Of a stretch of DNA of 32,465 nt, positions 23,800-32,465 are shown piece after piece. The translations under genes and the position numbers were made by a program. Origin of the DNA: Seison nebaliae (taxonomy: Eukaryota); contig JALJEE010000329.1 of the NCBI GenBank assembly GCA_023231475.1, positions 1-32,465 on the forward strand, given 5' to 3'. Below the pieces are notes generated by a model. It worked only from the letters and a program-made list of their open reading frames with translations. It was not told where the DNA came from and did not search any database. How positions within the stretch are numbered: the stretch's first letter is position 1; every line of letters begins with the position of its first letter.

Positions 23800-25923
23800 T
23801 CACTTTCTACTATCAGCAAGTACCTCATCGTAAAAACTAAAAAAAAAAGAGAAGATTTCTTATGGGAATCGGACGGAAAAAAAAAGAAACCTTTCATTAT
23901 TATGAATATGATTTCCTCCTAATATTACCTGACAATTAGAACTATCAACATTCTGGTTAAAACGATGTACAGCCAACGACTCTTCATATGTTACACCACC
24001 AACGATAAAAATGATGATTTCCTTCGGTCTAATTAAAAAAAATATTGATTGGAAAGAAATTCTATAAAATTAAAACGAACTTAAAATTCGTGTTTGATAA
24101 CGAGAAATTATCGGTGACAAATGGATAATTTTTTAAAGATAATTTCCCTCTCCAAATCGAATCCATTATCGTAGTGATGAGAGGCTGATGTTGAAGCAAT
24201 GCATTCTCTACACCCTAGATATGAATAGAAAAAAATGGGAAAAATTACAAAAAAGGTCAATTTAATGATGTTAATTATCGAATTTGAACTTTTAATCCTT
24301 TAATGATTTTCTTTGCTCGATTAACAGTGAATGATTTCAAGAAGATATCCGATTGTCTTGACTTCTTCCCACCATAACTAACGATATGTTTCATGACCTA
24401 AGAAATGTGTTGAAAGTTAAAATATTTTGAGAATGTTCAATAAGAAGAATAATATAACGTCCATATATCGTTCGTCGAGTTGTCGTGCACGTAAAGTTTG
24501 AGCAAAATTGTTTAATTGAGAATTCTCATTCTCATATCTCAACGAATAAATACTAAGAATATTTGTGATATCGGATTGTCGAAGAATGTCCTTCATCTCC
24601 TTCTTTCCACCTTTCTCGATATCGGTCGATATATTCACATTATCATCATCTCCAATTTGTGACGTGGTTGTTGTTGTTGTTGTTGTTGATTTTTGTAAAT
24701 TCAATTTTAATAATTCTTTAATTTTCGAATTGATATCTTGTTGATCTCCATCTGATGCCAATTGTTGTTCCAATTCGGAGACGGACAATAATGAAAATTT
24801 CTGAACTAAATTCGACAATTCACTCACTAAATTGACGTGTCGTGCCACCGTTCCAGAGAGACGTTTATATTCAGGAAAGTCTTGTATGAATTTTTTCATA
24901 TCTTGAATACTCTCCACTTTCTCTTGTTGTTGATGTTTTCTCTCGTAGAATTTCATGAAATTACTGATATTCGTTCCGATCTCTCCAAAATCCAGATACA
25001 TATTCTTCTCATAAAACTCGTCATTTAATGAACTGAGAACGATTTCTGGTGTGTCGGGATTATTGAGAACGACACGATTATTTTTAATAGTGAGTAGATT
25101 GTGTACCATTGCTTGATATGTCCATTGATTGAGTAATGGAGTCACAGTATCTTCTTTGCGATCGATAATGAGAATTAATGATTTTTTCGAATGATCATTA
25201 TTTGATTTGTCGTTTGGTTTGAATAAATTTGAATGTCGATTCATGAGATGATTGAGAGAGATAGCTAACGATTTGCATGATGGTGACGATTCTTGATATC
25301 TGATCAATGCACTTCGATTTAATGATAATAATATGGAGAATAATCCGAAGCAAGTCCTCTTCTGATAATTAGCCGTCCACTCACCAAATTGACGACATAA
25401 TGGAATGTTCAATGTAAATAGATGTGGCGACACTGAATAATAATCGGCGTGTAATTGCATCACATTCCTCACCACTTCGTATTCGTCATGTTCGGCGAAT
25501 TTCCGAATATATTCCATCTCGATAACATTTGAAAAATCTAAAACGTTCAAATTTCATAAATAAAAGAAATAACTGAAAAATTAAACAGATATAATATGAA
25601 TCATATTTGGGTTGTGCTAATTCGGTGCACAAATGATGAATGTTCTGATCAGTCGGACGTATGAAACACAGACATTTCATTCCACGAATAACGTCTCTGT
25701 TCGGTTTGGAGATGAGATCGAATAAGAAAATCTCTTTCGATATCAATTCCGATTGACTGTAAACGAGTGAAACGATACCAATCTGACGTCAACAATTAAT
25801 CGTCTAAATTAAATAAATAAAAGAACGAACTGTTTCCTCGTCCATGAGGAGAACCTTCATTCCATTACCACATTGTGTATAAATGAGTTTGATGTATTCC
25901 CTAATCGCATCAATCAAATTCAT
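23800..25923 (-). CDS. VPS45: Sec1/Munc18 protein Vps45, ~594 aa. Exons 25923-25831, 25782-25587, 25537-24459, 24397-24290, 24214-24081, 24028-23891, 23836-23800
   Basis: MNL..AI.EYI......GMKVLLMD.ET, YSQSEL..KEIFLF, C.CFIRPT, IDRKEDTVTPLLNQWTYQAMVH, KGLKGVEN...QHQP and IIFIVGGVTYEE. Six GT-AG introns of 48-75 nt, all in phase. Confidence 0.94.
24668..24688 (-). repeat. (ACA)n microsatellite encoding a poly-Thr insert in Vps45
   Basis: The GTT repeat on the + strand translates as STTTTTTTTSQ. Confidence 0.85.
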
Positions 25924-26158
25924 TTTTTCAAACACAAAATCTTCTTTTCCAACTCATCAAATCCGTTTATCTATAAGTTGTTATTTTCCTCTCGTGAGAA
26001 CGAATTGAAAGGAAATCTTTTCTTGTTGGAGGTATTTTTATTGAAATTTAATTTCTTCCCACTCCCATGAACTACTCGAATGGCAACAAAAAAATTTATT
26101 TTCTCTTATTTTTTTCAATTTTGAAATTACAAAAATTTTTGGCTTCACATCGAAAATC
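25924..26158. promoter_or_regulatory. Putative bidirectional promoter shared by VPS45 and WDR12
   Basis: The divergent ATGs are only 235 bp apart. This is a positional inference. Confidence 0.55.
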
Positions 26159-27770
26159 ATGTGTGGGGAAAAATCGGATGATAATTCATCATTACTTCAA
26201 ATATCTTTCAAGACTACTGACGACAAGTTGATATTTTTTCTACTTCATTTTCTTCTAATTTCTCTTTCATAGATTACAAGTGAATTCTGATGCCATTGCG
26301 GTGCCAGGAATATTCACCACAAAAAATTTCGATGAATTAATTCAGAAACTTCGTTCCACATCATCCAACGACCAAATACAATTAATTCAATTCAATTATT
26401 TTATTAAAGAAATTCCTATTGAAAATAATTTTCCTTTTATCGATTTTTTGAAGAAGAATGAAATTCCTGTGGAATTAATTACAGAAATACATTATGAAAT
26501 CAAAAAAGATATAAAAGTAGATAATCGAATAAAGACGAATGATTGGATCTCTTCTATTCATTCACTTGATTCTTTAATACTCTGCGCTCTCTATGATAAT
26601 AGTGTATTGTTATTGAATGAGAAAGGAGAATATATCGCCACAGCAACTGGTCATCGAGCGGCTGTCAAATGTGTGAAATGGATAGATAATCATCAGCATG
26701 ACGGTAATATGTCAGGAGAATTTATCTCATCTTCTGATGATGGTAATTCCATCGTATGGAAATGGAATTGTATGTCTAATTCATCAGACGAAGATGAAAA
26801 TATGGAATTGTCTTCTACGAAATACAAAAACGATTTCCAATCACTTAATGTCTGTAAAGGACATACTAAATCGGTTTTAACTTGTTCGTTCGCCCACAAT
26901 AATAGTGATCGAGCATATCGTAAATTGGTGACCGGTGGTTATGACAGAACGATAAAATTATGGAATATCGGTTTAATTTTTAATTTTAATATCTCATTTG
27001 AAAATTATTAAAAAAAAATTTAAAAAAATTTAAATTTATTTGATTATTTAAAGACTTTTTCGACGAGAAAGTTGAAGAATCATCAGCGAAAAAGAAGAAG
27101 AAAGATATCGATATTGGAACGATTGTTTCAATTTTATTTTCAATTTTCCATCTTATTCTTTTAGAGACCTTTAATTACATTAGATGGACACAATGATGCA
27201 ATCACCTGTTTACAATGGACATCGAATAATTCGAATAAATTATATTCTACCTCATTGGATCAGTCGATGAAGATGTGGGATATCGAAGAATGTAAGACAC
27301 TTCAAACAATCGTCTACTTTTATTTTCATTTGTCTTCCATAATCAAATTTCTTCTAGCGCAAATTACAAGGACTATTATGTCTAGATGAAAAACATAATG
27401 AAATATTAGTGGGTGCTACTGATGGGAAAATTCGATTATTAGACATGCGTGCAAATGAAGCTGTCAATTTCTTCGTTTCCAATGAACAAATTTTTACGTC
27501 ACATCGAAATTTTGTGTCAAGTGTAAAATGGTTTAGAAACGAAGATAATCAATTCCTGTCTGGTTCATATGATGGACAAGTGAAAATTTGGGATAAAAGA
27601 AAGTTTTTTGTTTTAATAAAAAAAAATTTTATTTTACTATTTTTAGTCGAAAGAAACCTCTGTCCAACATCATCGGACATGAAGGAAAAGTTTTGAGTGT
27701 GGAATCGAATAAAAATGATAAAATATTCAGTGGAGGCGACGACTGTTTCCTTCACATGTACTCCAAATGA
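26159..27770 (+). CDS. WDR12: Ribosome biogenesis WD40 protein WDR12/Ytm1. Exons 26159-26226, 26273-26970, 27054-27124, 27165-27311, 27358-27602, 27647-27770
   Basis: N-terminal NLE/ubiquitin-like domain (LQISFKT...F.YFI....I...EIHY), DWISSI, YD, GH...VK.V.W, basic KKKK loop, RPLITLDGH, SH..FVSSVKW, SGSYD..VKIWD.R and GHEGKVLSV...SGGDD. Five in-phase introns of 40-83 nt. Confidence 0.9.
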
Positions 27771-27800
27771 ACAGAATTTTATTTAAATTTTTTTATGTAA

Positions 27801-28793
27801 CTAAGAAATTGTTGTTTCGTTTTGTCTCGTTGAATATTCAGAGAAATTAAAATCAGTTTCATTATTGAATTCATTATCATCCATTACTATTTTATTTCCA
27901 TGAAGTATTCCATATTTTCTTAACTCATGATGTTCCCAGAACTCGTAAAAATATGACGATCGATGGTTTGGAATTTCCGATTGTTTATTTCTCATAAATT
28001 TTATCGTATCGTCAATCCAACCAATATATCGATGAATTGATGTAAATATAGTTATCATCCGATGATTTTTTGTCATAGTTCCAATGGCGGAAAAACGACC
28101 ATATTTATTGCCACAAAATATTGGACCAGTCGGGTCAACCATCTTTGACGCTTTCCACCAACTTCCTCCCAATACACATAATTTATTTTGTTGATTCTTT
28201 CCGAATTGATCACAAATAAAATTGGAGACAATTTTAACATAACGATCTTTTAATATCCATCCTTTTTTCTCGTCAGCCACCCAACTAGCTATCCAACATT
28301 TCTTCGAAAATTGATGATTCTCATAAGCTTTCGGTAAACAAATTGGCATATTCGACGACTTTTTAGTTAGCCTTAAAATCGCTATATCATTATCAAAAGT
28401 TTCAATATCGAAATTTTCATGCACATACATATCGACAATTCCATAAGTTTTATTTTGGGAGAATTTCGATTTGATTCCATCCATCACCACTGTCATTGAC
28501 GTAATGTCCACTTCATATTTTGTTACTAAGTTCATCAGACAATGAGCTCCAGTCAAAACAAACTGTTCACTGATGAGTAAACCTCCACAAATATTCACTC
28601 GATTTATTTGAACAGATACGACCCACGGCCATTTTCCTTCTGTAACGAAATTTCCACGAACAATACTGTGATCAAAGAAACGGTTACAATTTCTTCCCAA
28701 ATTAACAATGCCGCATGTGGTAGAAAGAGTCGATAGAGGATCGATAATTAAATTGAAAAGAATAAAAAATAAGAAATTTTTGAGTTTTCCCAT
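27801..28793 (-). CDS. Secreted trypsin-like serine protease homolog, predicted inactive
   Basis: Signal peptide, CG, IVRG, WPWVVS, CGG.LI, TGAHC, NDIAILRL and PICLP. The GDSGGP motif is replaced by VDPTGP. Confidence 0.88.
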   Translation of the reverse strand: MGKLKNFLFFILFNLIIDPLSTLSTTCGIVNLGRNCNRFFDHSIVRGNFVTEGKWPWVVSVQINRVNICGGLLISEQFVLTGAHCLMNLVTKYEVDITSMTVVMDGIKSKFSQNKTYGIVDMYVHENFDIETFDNDIAILRLTKKSSNMPICLPKAYENHQFSKKCWIASWVADEKKGWILKDRYVKIVSNFICDQFGKNQQNKLCVLGGSWWKASKMVDPTGPIFCGNKYGRFSAIGTMTKNHRMITIFTSIHRYIGWIDDTIKFMRNKQSEIPNHRSSYFYEFWEHHELRKYGILHGNKIVMDDNEFNNETDFNFSEYSTRQNETTIS

Positions 28794-28851
28794 TTTTATT
28801 ATGATTCAGATGGAAATTAGAAAATATTAATTGTTTAAATTTCTTCATTTC

Positions 28852-29709
28852 TCAATTTCTTTCAAGTGATAAACTGACGTGCATTATATGATCCCAATAT
28901 TTCTGGAAATACGGAGATTTTCGAAAATCAATTATTGGTCCTGATCGATCCACATAATTAATTATTGATTCGATCCATTTTAAATAATCGATAACTCGAA
29001 AAAATATCAACATATTATCTGTATTGTTAGAGAGAATTCCTATGAGAGTATAATGTCCATTTTTCAATGGAAACATTATCGGTCCGCCAAAATCTGAAGG
29101 TGTTGGATGATAATTCTCCACAAAAGAACAAAAAATATGATTATCATTTTTCTTTTGATTATGTGCTTTCCGACAAATATAACTGTCATAAATGGTCATT
29201 TTCTTCTGTTTCAAATGAAATTCATGTTCTTCGTCCTTCTTTCGTTGCCAACTCAAAAACCAACAGCCATCTCTTTTCATGACATAATCTCGAACATGTG
29301 GTAAACAAACCGGCATTTTCTCAGTATCATATTGAACACGTAACAGAATTAATTCATTAGTTCGATTAGTAGTCGGATAATGAAACATATCTACTACAGT
29401 ATTATTCTGATTATTTGTGGAATTTATAGTTATTTCTCCTAGTAGGACCGTTATTCTTCGGATGTCAATCATCATATCATCTCTCTTAACACAATTCTCA
29501 CTAGTTAGTATTAATTGTTTACTAATTATCACTCCTCCACATACGTGGAATCCATCGATTTGAATAGATATCATCCAATCCCATTCTTTATGGAAACTCC
29601 TTTTACCCTCAAATTGACCACATTTTAAAGGTAGACCATTCCCTACTAAAATGACGAACGAAAAAATTAAGAATATTTTATGAAAATTGTATAAATAGTG
29701 GATCCTCAT
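28852..29709 (-). CDS. Secreted trypsin-like serine protease homolog, predicted inactive (tandem paralog)
   Basis: Signal peptide, CG, WDWMISI, CGGVII and PVCLP. TAAHC becomes TSENC, DIA becomes ELI, and GDSGGP becomes SDFGGP. Confidence 0.85.
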   Translation of the reverse strand: MRIHYLYNFHKIFLIFSFVILVGNGLPLKCGQFEGKRSFHKEWDWMISIQIDGFHVCGGVIISKQLILTSENCVKRDDMMIDIRRITVLLGEITINSTNNQNNTVVDMFHYPTTNRTNELILLRVQYDTEKMPVCLPHVRDYVMKRDGCWFLSWQRKKDEEHEFHLKQKKMTIYDSYICRKAHNQKKNDNHIFCSFVENYHPTPSDFGGPIMFPLKNGHYTLIGILSNNTDNMLIFFRVIDYLKWIESIINYVDRSGPIIDFRKSPYFQKYWDHIMHVSLSLERN

Positions 29710-30131
29710 TGTTTTAACGTCGAATGATTTAGATTTTAACTAATAAAAAATGTCATTGTTCAACATTTAACTCAATCTCATATTCCTTTTTTGAAAAGAT
29801 TTCAAATATAAAAAAATTTTCCCGATCTTTATGTAAACACTTCAAAAACATGAACACAAAATATTCCATTCATTCGACTGTCATTTATCGCTAAAAATAC
29901 AATGACAATTATGAATGAGATTGATACTATTAGATTCACCCCAAATTACTTTGCCCCCCCAAAAAAAAAAATTGAAGAGAAAAATAAGATTTTAAGGGGT
30001 TTTTCCTCATTGAAAATAAGCGAACTAGGGTTCATTCGAAAGAGCATAAAATTCTCTTTCGAATGCATATCATATCATCTAAAAAAATTCAATATTAATA
30101 TTAAAATTTTAGGATACAAGTTGGACTTTTA

Positions 30132-30777
30132 TTTTTTTTCGATTTCAAAAAATTCAACTATTTTGAATTGCTGTGCGCTAGATGTTACTTATCCAAATTT
30201 GATAAGTCAGGCATAATTAGATAGCCACGTTCAAGTTCTATTGCCAAAAAATTTTTTGAGTTAAAATTTTAATTTTTAAATAGAAATTAAGGCATTTTTT
30301 AAAGGTAACTTTTGTCAAATTTCCTTCAATTTTTCTATATTTTTAGAACTCATTAAGGGAATAAAATCCAGACACATCGCCGTAAAATCTTGTCATATCA
30401 GGAAATTTCTACTTTTTATTCCTACATTAAGAAATTCCTATATGTCGTAAAGAGAAAAACTACATGTGTCTGGATTTTATTCTCTTAATTATTTTTATTA
30501 TTATTTATTAATTAAAACTCCCGTCGATATAAATCAGAAAAATAAGATCTTAATGAGTTCTAAAAATATAGAAAAATTGAAGGACATTTGACAAAAGTTA
30601 CCTTTGAAAAATGCCTTAATTTCTATTTAAAAATTAAAATTTTAACTCAAAAATATAGATTTGGCAATAGAACTTGAACGTGGCTATCTAATGATGCCCG
30701 ACTTATCAAATTTGGATAAGTAACACCTAGCGCACAGCAATTCAAAATAGTTGAATTTTTTGAAATCGAAAAAAAAA
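30132..30777. mobile_element. Foldback/MITE-like element with long inverted arms (~30132-30377 vs ~30464-30777)
   Basis: Near-identical reverse complement over ~245 bp, e.g. GAATTGCTGTGCGCTAG / CTAGCGCACAGCAATTC and TAGCCACGTTCAAGTTCTATTGCC / GGCAATAGAACTTGAACGTGGCTA. No transposase. The repeat is certain; the TE identity is inferred. Confidence 0.75.
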
Positions 30778-31361
30778 AAATTCCATCCAAGAATGAATAT
30801 CCAGATTGGTTAAGAACGTTGCTTACCGATGTCGTTTCGTTTGAAGAAATTGAAAAGAAAATTTATGAGGAAGAAAATAAAGAGAAAAAAGATGAAATGT
30901 TATTAAACTATTACACAAAATTTATGGGTATCCAAAGAAGTAGATATAATCGATTATATCGAGGAAAATTAAAAGGGAAAAAATAAATAAACTCGAAACA
31001 TCTTTCAGTCCATTCGCCATTCTATTACTCACTATCTAATTTCTTATTATTCGAACATTGTGCTACTTTTTGAAATAATATTTCCATCAACTTTGTAACC
31101 AAAGTATTTATGTCGATGAATTTTTTTACGATGAATCGATGAAATATGATTATGTAGAAAATGAGCAGTGAAATTGTGATTTTTCGTATAAAAGTTTGCC
31201 CAACTATTAGTTTAGCTCTAGTACCTCTAAGTTAATACCTAATAATTTCAATGTCGTCGAATAATACTGACCAACAATTGTATCCTGTTAGACATCCCAG
31301 TTAATGCGAAAGAATAGAATTAATGAAGCTGTTCTTATTACCTCCAATTTCAATTATCCTA

Positions 31362-31422
31362 TTTTCTTTTTAATTTCCCCAGAGGAAATTATAAATAAAA
31401 AAAATAGATAGATTAATTACAA
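31362..31422 (+). repeat. Dispersed repeat, copy 2 (similar to 125-197)
   Basis: TTTTCTTTTTAATTTCCCCAGAGGAAATTATAAATAAAAAAATAGATAGATTAATTACAA resembles 125-197. Confidence 0.6.
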
Positions 31423-31749
31423 ATTTATATTAAATAAATTATTTTTTCTAACAAAGTCTATTATCTTTTGTAAGTCTCTATTTTGACATTTGTGTTGTAA
31501 ATATAAATTAATTTTAAAAAAATACGTTTTTTTATTATTTTTGAAAACTGAGAAAATAATTTATAGAATATAAAGTAGTATTAGTAATATACGTATACGT
31601 ATAATGTTAATTAATCTTAATTTCCTACAGTAGTAATAATTCTGAGACACTTTTGGTTTTTTCTTGGTATTTTATCTGTTAAAATAAAAAATCGTGATTC
31701 GAAAATAAATGATGAAAATAACTTATTTCCTTTATTCTCTTTGATTGAT

Positions 31750-32155
31750 GGACAGCCGAAAATCGAAGCGCACATTGGTACCCAGTGAAATTTCGTTGAA
31801 CCTTTGAATCACCGAGATTTAACAACAATTATTTAACTTCCCATTTCTTTATCAGATCCGGACCATACAAGAGGGAGGAACCAGTGCCAGGCCCACTAGG
31901 TCAGATGGGGCCCCTAGGTGTGGTCGACCCAATGATCAGATATGATGACAACTGGGCCAAAGTTGTCATCGATACCCTATAGGTCCTGTCCATCTCGGAA
32001 ACAGCTCAATGGTTGTCATTGAGATATCCAGACAATCAATAATCAATGATTGGACCACAACTTACCATCTTTGGGATGACCTAGTGTCGCCAAGAAGCAA
32101 AGATCATCCCACCGTCGTTTCGCCGGATCTGCGCAATAGTATATGCGCGTGAGTG
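31750..32155. other. GC-enriched island with several hairpins; either a decayed retroelement fragment or a structured RNA
   Basis: Visibly more GC-rich than its flanks. 10-bp stem at 31944-31970. CAGATCCGG / CCGGATCTG inverted pair near 31853 and 32131. The minus strand encodes LFPRWTGP. Confidence 0.4.
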
Positions 32156-32465
32156 ATTAATTTCTGAAAAGAAAATTATCTTAAAAATGGAATTGAAAAG
32201 TTTAACTTTATCAAAAAAGCGCATTATAAAATGGGAAATTAAAATTATTCGTTCTTTATATATTATTCTATATCTTTCTTTTTATAATGAATTTATAATA
32301 AATAGGTTATAAATAAATTATTAAAATTTAAATCCAGATAATTTTTTTATTTTTAAAGTTGGCAAAAGAACATGAATAAAATAGAATAGAAACAAAACAA
32401 CGATTATAATCATAATGTTTAATAGTAAAAAAAGATGAGTAAAATAAATAAATTTTATCTTTTAA

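Noticed and set aside
23622..23897. 91-aa minus-strand ORF
   Set aside because: It overlaps the last VPS45 intron, last exon and 3' UTR in another frame.
3380..27409. TTG/GTG starts in the ORF track taken as non-AUG initiation or an alternative genetic code
   Set aside because: These are internal exon positions. ATG-bearing exons or nearby ATGs were found, and the standard code translates the conserved genes correctly.
29902..30216. 104-aa ORF
   Set aside because: Low complexity, runs into the inverted-repeat arm, and has no transposase or other motif.
1..32465. Prokaryotic origin, operon, CRISPR or defence system, suggested by the bacterial-like first ORF
   Set aside because: The other recognisable genes are eukaryotic or animal genes, many with spliceosomal introns. 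No repeat-spacer array was seen.

Overview
AT-rich, very gene-dense animal (invertebrate) nuclear DNA with short introns, mostly 40-65 nt. The ORF track fragments or misses several genes. After hand-splicing I can support these genes in order: an intronless bacterial-type (MaeB-like) malic enzyme, a probable horizontal acquisition; prolidase (PEPD); a ~2,200-aa Fused/STK36 kinase; a class A peptide-type GPCR; a solitary Ty3/gypsy-type Gag capsid ORF (candidate domesticated Gag); an orphan type I membrane protein; a divergent, apparently tail-less Rad9 hidden in 8 small exons; an activin/myostatin-class TGF-beta ligand with extra cysteines; TAM41; VPS45; WDR12/Ytm1; and two tandem catalytically dead trypsin-like proteins. 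The gene-poor right end has a ~650-bp foldback element and a GC-rich hairpin-rich island. The strongest window-wide pattern is that inferred intron donors are almost all GTT (a few GTC) instead of canonical GTA/GTG. All gene models are inferred by eye from reading-frame continuity and remembered family motifs. The species cannot be determined from the sequence alone.
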